A stretch of 64,000 nt of DNA from Alphaproteobacteria bacterium. GTDB taxonomy: Bacteria > Pseudomonadota > Alphaproteobacteria > RF32 > CAG-239. The DNA is taken from positions 2,850 to 66,849 of the forward strand of contig JAFUXF010000012.1 in the NCBI GenBank assembly GCA_017477185.1, read 5' to 3'. A program made the position numbers and the translations under genes. Position 1 is the stretch's first letter. Each line of letters opens with the position of its first letter. Under the pieces are notes generated by a model. It saw only the letters and a program-made list of their open reading frames with translations, was not told where the DNA came from and did not search any database. Below are positions 23,881 through 35,100 of this stretch, piece after piece.

Positions 23881-24672
23881 ATGACGGCAATACGTGAGAA
23901 CTTTCAAAAATGGCTAATTAGCCAAGGTTATCCATCTAAAGGCATAACAGGAAAAAATAGTACTGTATATGATTATCTGCGCTACATTGATAAGATGTTA
24001 AAGTCTTTGTTTGAAACTGACAGTTGGCAACCTTTAATTGATGAATTTCCGAGTATCTTGCTTTTTTATCTTCTGACAGGAAAAATCAAATATAGGCAAA
24101 ACCTTGTCCCTTTTGATGATATTAATCAATTAGCAAAACGAAGCAAAGAATTTTATATTGCTCCTGACTTATTAAATCAATTCCGTATATATAAAGATAA
24201 AGAGCCTTTTTTTATGCAAAAATTGCATAACCTTAATGAAAATAAGAAAACAGGTGCAGCAATTTCAAAATTTTATCATTTTTTATTTGAAACTCAGAGT
24301 ATATCATCTTATTCTTTTGAGGACTTCACTTTATTGGCTGAAAAAATTGTTGCATGTTGCATATATATAAATAGAGCCATTGAAACTTCTGAAACAGCAA
24401 ATTCACCTAAAGAAATAAAGTCTAAAAATAACAACAACGAGAAGAATATCTCCTTAAAAGAATTAGCTCAATTCCTTGAATGTTCAATACAAAATGCGGT
24501 AAGACTGCTTAAAGACCGAAATATAGAACTTTCTGTGGCCAGTATTAATCAATATTTAAGAGAGCATTATCATCCATCAACAAATTCAAAAATTAAAGAT
24601 TTGAACATTTTTTCTGTGGAATGGTGTACTATGGATGAAGCCGCAACAAAATTACTTAGCCGAATTTTTTGA
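23881..24672 (+). CDS. hypothetical protein with C-terminal HTH-like segment
   Basis: 263-aa ORF with a GAGGAA RBS. Contains ISLKELAQFLECSIQNAVRLL. It ends in a T6 run and may be a frameshifted part of a longer gene. Confidence 0.55.
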   Translation: MTAIRENFQKWLISQGYPSKGITGKNSTVYDYLRYIDKMLKSLFETDSWQPLIDEFPSILLFYLLTGKIKYRQNLVPFDDINQLAKRSKEFYIAPDLLNQFRIYKDKEPFFMQKLHNLNENKKTGAAISKFYHFLFETQSISSYSFEDFTLLAEKIVACCIYINRAIETSETANSPKEIKSKNNNNEKNISLKELAQFLECSIQNAVRLLKDRNIELSVASINQYLREHYHPSTNSKIKDLNIFSVEWCTMDEAATKLLSRIF

Positions 24673-25090
24673 CTCTGACCTTGAAGAAGGTGCTAGAGTC
24701 GAAACTCCTGACGAAGCTGTTGAATTTTATGCTTCGTCAGGAAATTATGGTGTGTTTGCAACTAAAGTTGTACTTGAACTGCAAACAGACACTTTAAGTT
24801 TTAACATTTACCCGAATCATGAACCAGGTGAGGAAGAATTGTTTTCCGCGTTTGATTACGCTATTGATTTTATCGTAAAATTATTATCAATTGGAGTTCC
24901 TTTTGATTTTGCTGAAATTTGCGTTAATTCTCCTGATTGTAAATATATCTTCGGGCACAAAAAAGACTATCAACAAAACAATTCCTTCCTGGATGAAGAC
25001 GATGATAATGAAGACTTCATCGCCACAGGTCCATATTGGGAAGAAGAAAACGATGAATACGAAGCTAATCCTAATTATTGGAGACAATAA
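24635..25090 (+). CDS. acidic hypothetical protein (possibly the 3' half of a frameshifted gene)
   Basis: Overlaps the upstream ORF by 38 nt in the +1 frame, across a T6 run at about 24664-24669. Confidence 0.45.
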   Translation: MKPQQNYLAEFFDSDLEEGARVETPDEAVEFYASSGNYGVFATKVVLELQTDTLSFNIYPNHEPGEEELFSAFDYAIDFIVKLLSIGVPFDFAEICVNSPDCKYIFGHKKDYQQNNSFLDEDDDNEDFIATGPYWEEENDEYEANPNYWRQ

Positions 25091-25247
25091 TGACGGTAGA
25101 AATTATTAATAAATTTATGGAGGGAGGCAAACTCCCTCCGAAAGGAGGCCAAACTGATGGTGAGGCCCCAACACAACTGAAGAACAGAAGCAAAAGCCTG
25201 AGGAAACGAAATCCTTAACTTTTGAAGAGATTATAAGCAAACATCAG

Positions 25248-26039
25248 TTGTCAGCAGAAACATTGGATGAAATGATTGCATCCGCAAGCAATGACAATTT
25301 GTTTCCTTCTGCCAAGTTAAGTGGTAAAGCTTTAATCGATAAAGTCAATGAGCTTCGAGACTGGGTTGATACAGAACAGAACTACTTAACAAATACACCG
25401 TTTTCAATGGATGTTTATAATAAAAAGAGAGCTGTTCTTCAGGCTAGAGCCTCTTTAGTTTTGATTATGGAGTGTTTTATCGGAGAACAATTGCGTAAAA
25501 TTCCAAAATTGAACGGAACCAACAAAAACTCCAAAGGTCGTGCGACAGGACAGCAGAGAACAAAGTCTCAAATCATTAAAGAAGACTATAATCTTTCACC
25601 TCGCCTTGCTCGCGACTTCCAACATTTGACTTGGGAAGGAGTTAAAGCAGCCATTGAGCTTGCTTTGAGACAAAATGATATTGTTACTAGAGCACTTGCT
25701 CTCTCAAAATCTGCTTCAATTAAGGCTAAGCAAAATAGGAACGACCCAAAAATAAAATATGCTAAGTTTGAATTAAACAGTATCGAAGAAACGGAATATA
25801 AAACTTTGGTTCTTGAGGAGCCAATGTACATTACTACTCTTTTTTCAAACATCTCGCTTGGTTTGGCAAGAATCCATGAGTTAAATTTACATTCCGCGGT
25901 AGCTGCAGAATGGGACAAAACAAGAGCTGCTTGGCATGAACTTCTGTTTCCTGATTGTCATATGGTGCAAGGTGATTTCACCTCAGACAAATGCTTTAAT
26001 GAACCTTATCGATTAAAAAAAAAGAGGTTACGTATTTAA
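25248..26039 (+). CDS. hypothetical protein ending in a degenerate, truncated C5-methyltransferase-like N-terminal region
   Basis: TTG start only, though the frame is open from 25164. TLFSNISLGLARIHELNLHSAVAAEWDKTRAAWHELLFPDCHMVQGDF parallels motif I to motif II of C5-MTases, but the G-x-G-G is lost and the ORF stops before motif IV. Confidence 0.5.
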   Translation: MSAETLDEMIASASNDNLFPSAKLSGKALIDKVNELRDWVDTEQNYLTNTPFSMDVYNKKRAVLQARASLVLIMECFIGEQLRKIPKLNGTNKNSKGRATGQQRTKSQIIKEDYNLSPRLARDFQHLTWEGVKAAIELALRQNDIVTRALALSKSASIKAKQNRNDPKIKYAKFELNSIEETEYKTLVLEEPMYITTLFSNISLGLARIHELNLHSAVAAEWDKTRAAWHELLFPDCHMVQGDFTSDKCFNEPYRLKKKRLRI

Positions 26040-26252
26040 AATTATCATTATTTTCAACCTGTATTTTTCAAAAACATAGGTTGTCAGTATAAAAATTAGA
26101 ATTGGAAAATTATTTGAAAAAAAAGTTTTACTTTTCAAGAGAATCGCGACAATACAACACTATCAAAGCAATAATTGATGTTATATCACATTGTGAATAC
26201 GTTTTTATTCTATGCACATAGAGATAGCTTTTACTGACAACTGAGAGACAAA

Positions 26253-27197
26253 CTATTCTCTACGTGTATCTATTAATTTGATATTGTCAATTTGCGACTT
26301 ATCAAACATAGCATATCCTGACGGTGTATACATAACTGGCCTGATTTTACCTTCTTTCATCCAATAACGAATTGTTGAAACAGGCAGTTCGGCCAATTTA
26401 GCAAATTTTGAAATCGTTAGCAATTTATCTTGAGATTCTACTTTTTCTACATCTAATAAATCAATCATCATTTTAAGTGAACGATTGAGTGCCGACAGCA
26501 TAAACTTATAATAAGGCTCGCTATTTTCTTTGGTTTGATATGTTTCTAAAGCAGTTAAATATCTCTTGCGGTCAATTTTTCTGATGATGATTGGTGCATA
26601 ACCATTTTCAAGCAAAATACTATTTAAGAGCAGACGTGCTGTCCTTCCGTTACCATCAACGAACGGATGTATAGAGACTAAACGATAGTGTGCTTCTATT
26701 GCTTTTATGAGCACATCATTATCTTTTTCAAGCAACCATTTGCCAAAATCACTCATTAAATCAGGAACTTTTAGAGGATTAGGTAAAATTGTTTGTGATC
26801 CTGAAATTCGAACTTTGACAGAACGATAAAAGCCTGCATTACTATCATCTATACCTGATAAAATGATTTTATGGATTTGCAGCATGTAATTTTCATCAAT
26901 TTGGACTTTATTTTTAGCGGCTTCACAAATAAAATCAAAAGCGTTTGCGTGATTTCTGGCTTCAAGATAATCATTAATCGGTTTAGCACCGGTTGTAATT
27001 TGCTCTTCAATAGCTAATTCTGTCTCACGTCTGGTTAAAGTATTGCCTTCAATAGCGTTGGAAGTATAAGCAAGCTCTGTTTTAAGCCACTTGTCTAAGA
27101 CTTTCTGATTATCTTTATTTTGCAAAAGTTTTTGTAGTTTTTTGCTGTTTTCTTCAATTTTAGAGCGGATTTCCTGCATAACAACCCCATACTTCAT
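26253..27197 (-). CDS. Fic-family protein with N-terminal inhibitory motif and C-terminal MerR/excisionase-type HTH
   Basis: Fic motif HPFVDGNGRTARLL. (S/T)xxxE(G/N) motif TSNAIEGN. C-terminal LLTISKFAKLAELPVSTIRYWMKEGKI. Confidence 0.9.
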   Translation of the reverse strand: MKYGVVMQEIRSKIEENSKKLQKLLQNKDNQKVLDKWLKTELAYTSNAIEGNTLTRRETELAIEEQITTGAKPINDYLEARNHANAFDFICEAAKNKVQIDENYMLQIHKIILSGIDDSNAGFYRSVKVRISGSQTILPNPLKVPDLMSDFGKWLLEKDNDVLIKAIEAHYRLVSIHPFVDGNGRTARLLLNSILLENGYAPIIIRKIDRKRYLTALETYQTKENSEPYYKFMLSALNRSLKMMIDLLDVEKVESQDKLLTISKFAKLAELPVSTIRYWMKEGKIRPVMYTPSGYAMFDKSQIDNIKLIDTRRE

Positions 27198-27400
27198 GGT
27201 TTTAATATATTTAAACTATAAACATTAAATAGTTTATTGTCAAGATAATACTTTATAGTTTAATAACTTGCTAAGTATAAAGTAAAACATTTCTCATTAC
27301 TCCATAAATGACCCACAGTAAACAAAAGACCTGAAAGGTAGCTAATTATATATGTTTCAGTCTATTGCTTGCCACGGGTCAAATTATGGATTCTGGTTAA

Positions 27401-27721
27401 TTAATACTCATCAGCTGTCATTATTGTCATAACTCTTACTGTCTGGCTTTCATCTGCTGGATCATTTGATAAATAACATAAGGATTTGTCATAATAATCA
27501 ATTTTGAACATGATTTTTTGACCTTTATAATCAAAAGAGCCAAAATCATGCTCTTCATAAGGATCATTTGCGGTGGTAAAAGCGTTGAATTGCTTCACTT
27601 TTCTAATGATTTCTGCAATTTCATTACCTGGTTTTGTGTTAATTCCTAAGGTTAACATTACTCTACCACCTGTAAATGTCTTGCGAAAGTTGTCATTTAG
27701 CCTTTGGATTGCATTAGTCAT
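27401..27721 (-). CDS. DUF3768-family protein (second paralog)
   Basis: NDPYEEHDFGSF...FKIDYYD...NDPADESQTVRVMTIMTADEY. Confidence 0.8.
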   Translation of the reverse strand: MTNAIQRLNDNFRKTFTGGRVMLTLGINTKPGNEIAEIIRKVKQFNAFTTANDPYEEHDFGSFDYKGQKIMFKIDYYDKSLCYLSNDPADESQTVRVMTIMTADEY

Positions 27722-27993
27722 TACTTAGCTCCTTCTGCTAAAAATTCAGAAAAACGACGTAATGCATTCAACACAGAAGAGTGACTTCTTTTACCATAAG
27801 CGTGTTTTTTACCTGTTTTTTCATATTCTGGCAGAATAGATGCAATATTTTTAACTAACATATCTAAATTGATTTTTTCTTTAATCAGAAGTCTTTCAAT
27901 GCGTCCGCGATAATCTTCTGCTGTTAAAGGTTTGTATTTTTGGCTCAATAAATAAGTTTTGAATTCGTTTAACATGGCTTTTTTTCCTTTCAT
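27721..27993 (-). CDS. hypothetical protein (SAM-like N-terminal-domain pattern)
   Basis: 90-aa ORF whose stop overlaps the DUF3768 start. EFKTYLLSQKYKPLTAEDYRGRIERL resembles integrase N-terminal SAM-like helices. Confidence 0.55.
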   Translation of the reverse strand: MKGKKAMLNEFKTYLLSQKYKPLTAEDYRGRIERLLIKEKINLDMLVKNIASILPEYEKTGKKHAYGKRSHSSVLNALRRFSEFLAEGAK

Positions 27994-27999
27994 TATGGG

Positions 28000-28137
28000 T
28001 TAGTCTTGAACAATACAAACGGTGTATTGAGCACAAACTCTTTGCAATGTAGCACGATTAGCTTCTTGCCAAAGAAAATAAGGTTCAGGCAGTCTGATAA
28101 CTGTTCCATTGGTATAGTGTAATTCAAGGTAATACAT
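28000..28137 (-). CDS. small hypothetical protein (45 aa)
   Basis: Not in the ORF track because it is under 60 aa. ATG is preceded by AAAGGAG. It sits directly upstream of 27721-27993. Confidence 0.35.
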   Translation of the reverse strand: MYYLELHYTNGTVIRLPEPYFLWQEANRATLQRVCAQYTVCIVQD

Positions 28138-28334
28138 GGATTTGAGCTCCTTTCATCGTCATTAACTATATTTATTATACCGTGAATTTATGGGTTCGCG
28201 AGCCCCCTTTTTTACTAAAATGGGTGTTTTTTTACTATTTATTGCAGATAGTGAATCAAAGCCTTGTATTTAAAAGAAAAAAATAATACCAAGCCCCGTG
28301 CGTAACTTAATGTTCAAATGAAAAAAACACAAAA

Positions 28335-29084
28335 TTATTGCTGATAAATCAGAGAATAAACTGGTTTCCAACCAGTCCCATGTGTTGCATTTTTGACGAC
28401 TACTATATTTTCTTCCGCTGCAAATTTTTGCGTTAATTCAGACGGAATCACTTCATCTTTGCCGCCAACATAATGTATTTGCGGCACAGTTGCAAATTTC
28501 TCTTTGTCATCAGCTAAATTTAATGAACCTTCAAGGGGTGGTAATTTATGATATTCAGTCCACGTTTTATGATCTAAATTACCGGCAATCGTTATAACCT
28601 TTTTGATTTTTAGATCAGGATATTTCACTGCTATTAAACCGGCAATTTGCGCTCCACCGGAATAACCTATTAAAGTTATATTCTTATTTCCGACAATTTG
28701 CTTAATTGCATCATATTCAGACTCAATAACTTCTGGAGCAAAACGTTTGGTTGTCCAATACGATACAATACAAGCATCATCTTTAACATATTGACATGGA
28801 CGAGCTATATAGATGACATTGGGTGCCGGGTCATTAAAACTTAATTCACGCATTAGTTCCCCGCGTGGCGTTGGATTCTTGCTTGGGAGCCCTCTCGCAT
28901 TAAAAGCATGACCATCACCTTCAATATAAATGCGATAATCAGCATCTTTCTCTGTTATTTTTTGCCAAGAAGCTATTTTGAATTGTGATGTAACAATTTC
29001 TTTATACGCGAAATCTTCCGAAGGCTGAATACTTTGGCATCCGGACAATATTGTTAAAAAACAAAACGTAAAAAATATTCTCAT
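28335..29084 (-). CDS. lipoprotein, alpha/beta-hydrolase fold
   Basis: Lipobox LTILSGC. Nucleophile-elbow GYSGG. Confidence 0.7.
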   Translation of the reverse strand: MRIFFTFCFLTILSGCQSIQPSEDFAYKEIVTSQFKIASWQKITEKDADYRIYIEGDGHAFNARGLPSKNPTPRGELMRELSFNDPAPNVIYIARPCQYVKDDACIVSYWTTKRFAPEVIESEYDAIKQIVGNKNITLIGYSGGAQIAGLIAVKYPDLKIKKVITIAGNLDHKTWTEYHKLPPLEGSLNLADDKEKFATVPQIHYVGGKDEVIPSELTQKFAAEENIVVVKNATHGTGWKPVYSLIYQQ

Positions 29085-29181
29085 AAGACGAAACTAACCG
29101 ATAGTATATAAAAAAGCAACCCCATATCTGAAAACAACAAATATGGGGCTTGTATTATATTGTTAAGCAAAATATTAGTTC

Positions 29182-32100
29182 TTAGAAATTATACTTAGCC
29201 TTTAATGAACCGGTATGGCTGGTATATCCTTGACGAAGATTTGCATTATATTCTGCAGATAGTGTCCAATCTTCAACATCGACATCAACACCAACGCCAG
29301 CTTCCAAACCAATACGATCTAATTTCTCACCAGTAACGTTATAAACATTTGTTCCGACATTAACAGTTGCATTAGAATCATCGCTTAACAGATCATAAGT
29401 CAAAGCAACTCTTGCTCTCGGTGTAAATGTATATGTTTCATTTTCCACCGTACTTGCAAAATTAATTCCTGCAACAGCTGTTAAAATATCAACATCATCA
29501 GCTCTAATACGCTGTCCAACTGTATCTGTATAATCATCACGTTTAATATGAGTATATCTTAAACCAGCTTCAGGGGTAATACCATCTTGCCAATCATAGC
29601 CGACATAAGCACTTGCCCCCATATTTTGAACATTATAATCGCCTTTATTAACAACTCCGCCAATATTGGCTTTTTCCTCATATTTAGCGATACCATACAT
29701 AGCCATAGCACGCACAAACCATTCTGACGGCTGATATTTACCATAAACATAAAAGTTATGACTTGCTATATCTGTATCGCGTCCAGCAGACTCAACATCT
29801 GTATTGCCGTAAGCATAACCGACACCGACCATTGTTTGGCTGTCTTTTTTACCATCTAAACCAAAAGCAACTCCTTTTGTATGCCCTCTAAATCCAGGCA
29901 TTTGGTCTGCTGCATGTTGTTTAGAACGGTTATATAATGTCTGCACCCATGCTCCTTGACGCTCAAATACATCTCCTGAGTTCATACCTTGCGTTTGTAA
30001 GCGATCGGCGACTTGAGCATCTACCATGTTATTAAAGTCTTGTGTGACTCCCACATGAACCAAGCTATCTGTTGGAGCTAAATCAGTTAAAGCTTTGGTA
30101 TAAGCAACAGCATCATGCTGAGATAATTCATTCAAATATTCCTGAACAACAGCTGCAGGTGTTCCTTCCGGAGCATTAAATGAATCCCAAGCTTGAGCTG
30201 CTTTAACATTATTTGTTGAACCGTTTGCCGCTTCAGTAACATCAGCGGCTGAAGATGTATAAGTAATTTTGAATTTACCATCCTCTGTTTGCGTAACCTG
30301 ATAACGATTATTAGACATCAGTTCAGCAAAATCACCTGTTTTTGTTCCGGTGACATTAATCAGGTCAAGACCTTCTGTTGATTGACCTTTTTCGGTCATT
30401 AAACCGGAAGCGACCGTTAATGCTAATTTAGAAGAACTTCCCAAGGTTAAATCATGAGCTGTTAATTTACCACCGGTATAATCACTTGAAGCATCACTAA
30501 GATTTGTAATACCCATTTTCAGTGTCCCATTAATAACCGCATCACCCAATGTAACCTGATTTGTTCCGATATCTAACGAACCATTATTGGCAATTATTGT
30601 GTTAGATGTTGTTAAATCTGCACCATCGCCCCAAATCGCATCACCAATAATGTTGGTTATACCACCATTAACAGCATTACCAATTGTTCCACCATTAATA
30701 TTATATGTGCCATTATTGGTAATAGCGACTTGAATATTATCAGCACTGGAAGTCAAAGACTTATCATTATTAATTGTGATAGCACTTGAAATAACAGCAT
30801 TATTAGCAACTGCACCCTCAACAATTAAATTACCACCACTGACTGCTTTGCCAATTGTACCACCGGTAACCTTATAAGTTCCACCGGTTACTGTGCCTGT
30901 AACATTGCTTGCATTACTTTCTAATGATTGACCATTATTAATGGTAATGTTGTTAGCTATTTGAGCATTATTTACCACATCTCCGGCAACAACTAAAGCA
31001 CCATTACCGGTTACATTCTGAGCAATTGTTCCATCGGTTACATTATATGTTCCTGAGTTAGCAACTGTTCCGCTGATATCATCTGCTGATGAAGTCAATG
31101 TTCCGGTAACAGTAACATTTTCCAGAGTTCCGTTATTGGTAACATTTCCTGAAATTTTCGTCGTACCGGCAATCGTTTTATTTAATGTACCACCAGTTAA
31201 TTCAATCGTTCCGGCATTTGTTGTAATATCATTACTAAATCCGTTTGCGGCTGTCTTTAATGTTCCACCGGAAGCAATTTCAACCATATTCGTCATCGTT
31301 GTATTGTTTTGAACAGTTCCGCTAATCTTGGTTGTACCACCTGTAATTTGTTGGGCTAATGTTCCACCGGTTAAATTAACTATACCACCATTTGTAACCG
31401 CACCGCCAATTTTATCAGCTGCCGTTGTTAATGTCTTATTTGAATTAATTGTAACTTCCTGACTGATTGTACCTGTATTAGTCATGTTATTTGCAATCAC
31501 TGTATGTCCATCACCAGTGATAGCATTTGCATTAGCTGTACCGGTTAAAGTTAAAGTGCCATCATTATCAACACCATTAGCCGTTGTCATAGAAGAAACC
31601 GTCAATCCGCTATTTTCAGCAACAGAAACAGAATCTTGTTCAACAAAATCAATAGTTGTTACGCCACCATCAACATAGAATGTTCCTTCACCTGTCAACT
31701 TATCAAGGGCATTTGTACCTGTAGCATGGACTTCTCCGGTATTAGCAATTCCTGCGTTAATGGTTGAGTCTTTAATATTAACCGTTCCGTTAGATGCAAT
31801 CACATTTGCCGTATTTTCTGCAACAACTACACCATCAAGATTAGCTTCTGCAGTACTATTGGTAATATTAATTAATGAACCGGTTTCAGTTTTTGCATTA
31901 ACAACCTCTACATTTTTCAAATTAACGGTTGTATCTGCTTTTGAAACAGCGAATCCTATCTTTCCATTCATATCCAACTCAGCCAAATCTGTTGCGCTTC
32001 TACCTTCAATAGTAATATCTCCGGCAGCTGTTGTTCCCAGATTTTGAGTTAACTGATAAGCGTTAGAAGACTCTGTTGTTGTGGCTTTCATACTTCTTGA

Positions 32101-35100
32101 ACCGCTTGTTGTATTTAAGGTTGCAAGAGCATCTGCTTGCGTTACACCAGTTTGATGCTTTGCTTCCGTTACATTAACAGCTAATTGTAATGATGTTCCA
32201 TCGACAGATAGTGTTTTTTGTTTTTTCTCGGTATACTCTATAGTATCAAAACTTAGTTTATCAAAATCAATGTCAGCAGCAAAATCTTCTGCTTCATAAG
32301 TAATATCGGTAACCTCATCGCCCTGATATGCTGCTGCTAACTCATCAGAAAGAGCCAACGTAATATTATCTGTTGCACCTTTCAGAACTTGAACAGTAAA
32401 CGAATCTGATGTTGTGCCGATTTCGGTTATATCACTAACCGTAATTGTTCTTTCTGTATCACCAGCAACGGCGATATTGATAGCATCGGCAATCGGTGTT
32501 TCCCCTGTGTAATCAATATCAATCTTAATAGAACCGTCACCAAGCAATTTATTAACAGCCTGTTCTGTAACAGCTTCATCACCAGCCAAATTCAATGTTC
32601 CGTCATTCAAATCCAATGTTCCGGCAACAGAACCGGCAGAAGTCATTACCAGAGCTTCATTAACTTTGGTAACACCCGTTGTACCGGCAACAGCCTTGCT
32701 CAATGTACCGGATAAATTCAAAGTTCCGGCATTTGTAATTGTACTGCCAAAATTAGAAGTATTTGCAGTTAACGTACCTGATGCAATGGTTACAGCCTGA
32801 TTAACAACAGAACCTGATGCGATTGACGATGTTCCCGTAAATTGCGTTGAACCATCACCTGCAACCTTACCAGTTAAAACACCACCATTGACGGTTAAAC
32901 CATTTTCTGTTGCATTGACAATACCTTCTCCTGTGCCTGTTCCTACAATGACATTACCGTTAGCTGTCAATGTTGCATCTGATTCAATATTGATAACTTT
33001 TTGTGTAATTTGACCAACAGTTGTTGCACCTGTCACAACATTAGCCGTACCGGCCGTTCCTGTAATCTTAGAAAGGCTGTTTGTTCCATCTAAGTTCAAG
33101 GTATCGGTATTATTAATATCAGCCGTTGTATTATTTACAAATGTTGAATCTTCAACATTCAATGTGCCGGCATTGTCAACTGCATAATCAGATGCACCCG
33201 AAAACTCATCAACACCGCTGATTGTCAGGGTTGAACCTTCTGCAACTTTAATACCGGTATTTGAATCACCTAATATACTGTTGCCATTACCAAAGATTGT
33301 AAAGGCGGTTCTATCAGCATTATTCAATGATCCGAAAGCTCTGTCTGCCGTGAAATCTTCTGACAATGAGTATGCTGTCGGGTGCATTGTTCCGACATTA
33401 TCAAGAATAGCGTTGATTAAATCACCATCATAATGAAGTTTTCTGCTGATAGACAGTAAACCTGTTGTTTCACTATCCGGTGTAAATGTATAGGCATATC
33501 CATCGGCAATAGTTGTATAAGCTGTCGTTCTTGTGGTTATATTGTCTTTTGCATTGCCATCTAAATACGTTGCCTCTGTATCATCAGCATATTCATCCGG
33601 TGTATTAATAACATTAATTGCATTTAATGTAATGATATTGTCTGCTTTGGTAGAAGATGAAACATTGTTAACTTTCAATTTATCCATAACATTCAATGTT
33701 GCATCATAATCTAAATTCAAATTCAATGTATTCTCATTGCCACCATAAGTCGTAACCGTCAGAACATCACCGGCATGATCGTTTTGCAAGCTTAAAGTTG
33801 CATCACCTGTTACATTCAAAGCTTGAATAGTTGATGTTGCAGGCGTTGTACCAAGTTGCAATGTACCACCGGCAAGGTTAGTTGTTCCGCTATTGTCATA
33901 AGCTCCATTTAATTCAATCGTACCATCATTATATGTTGCGTCAGAATTAATATTTAATGTGCCGGCAACGTAAATTTTATCATTAATTGTTACTTCCTTA
34001 CCTTCAGCTGCATTCAAATTAAGTACACTGCTATTATTATAACTGGTAATACCATAACCATTACCATTTGCTGTTGCATTAACATTATCCGTAAATTCAA
34101 CATCTCTATTTTTAGCAGTTATTGTTACTGTACCTCGATCATTGTATATAGCAGCACCACGGTCAGCAACATTACCGATAAATGAGGTATCGGTAAGATT
34201 AATTATCGCATCGTTTGCTTCGTTATAAATCGCGCCACCATAGTTCACAGATCCTGCTGCTTCATTTCCAATAAATGAAGAATTTGCAATATTAATGGTT
34301 CCTGAAAGATTAGAAATAGCACCACCATAAGAGGTAGATTTATTTTTAATAAAATTACCTAAAATAGAATCAATATTAGTGTTATAGTTATAAATTGCAC
34401 CACCTTGTGCATTTTGGTAGTTGCCGATAAAGTCACCTTTTATTAAACCTATTTTACCTGAACTGTAAGTAAGTATTGCACCACCACCATAGCTGCCACC
34501 CGTTCCTCGGTTACCAATGAAATCTCCTACAATTTCTCCTATCTCACCGGTTGAACTATCATGTCTCAAAACACCAGCATAGCCGGATGCAGAATTACCG
34601 ATAAAGTTACCTGTTATAGAGCCTATGTTATTAGAATTTCCTGCATTGTTAATAGCTGTACCATAAGAACCTGAATTGCCAACGAAATCAGCTGTTATAT
34701 CACCAGTCGGATTCGAAAGGACGCCGCCAGTTTTACCGACATATTCTACGCCTTCTCTTATCGTCGGTGTCAGAGCCGTATTATCGGAATTTTTAACTGT
34801 TAATTGGTTATTTGCCCAAGTATACTTCAACTCTGTATCGTCTTCACCATAAGTTGTCTTTTTAATATCGGTATAGAAAGTCTTATCTCCATAAGCAACT
34901 GGAATGATACCGGTATTTTCTTTGGTAAACTTATAAGCACTATCACTTCCAAGCGTTGGTTTCAGCCAATTTATTCTGTCAGAAAGGCTTAAAACACCGG
35001 TTGTGTTATCATAAGTTGCTGTTGCATAAATACCTGCATCAAAATCATTGGCTAATGCAAGAACACTTTTAAGTGTCCCATCAGCAATGTGGAGTTCTCC

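Noticed and set aside
25117-25247. ATG ORF (MEGGKLPPKGGQ...) upstream of the 25248 ORF as its true start
   Set aside because: It is in a different frame and overlaps a perfect GGAGGGAG/CTCCCTCC hairpin that looks like a terminator for the upstream gene. A frameshift link is possible but unsupported.
28176-28210. GGGTTCGCGAGCCCCC as a possible tRNA T-arm remnant or second att site closing the 23.5-28.3 kb block
   Set aside because: I could not fold it into a 5-bp T-stem with a 7-nt loop. It shows no similarity to the tRNA-Gln 3' end and has no adjacent acceptor sequence.
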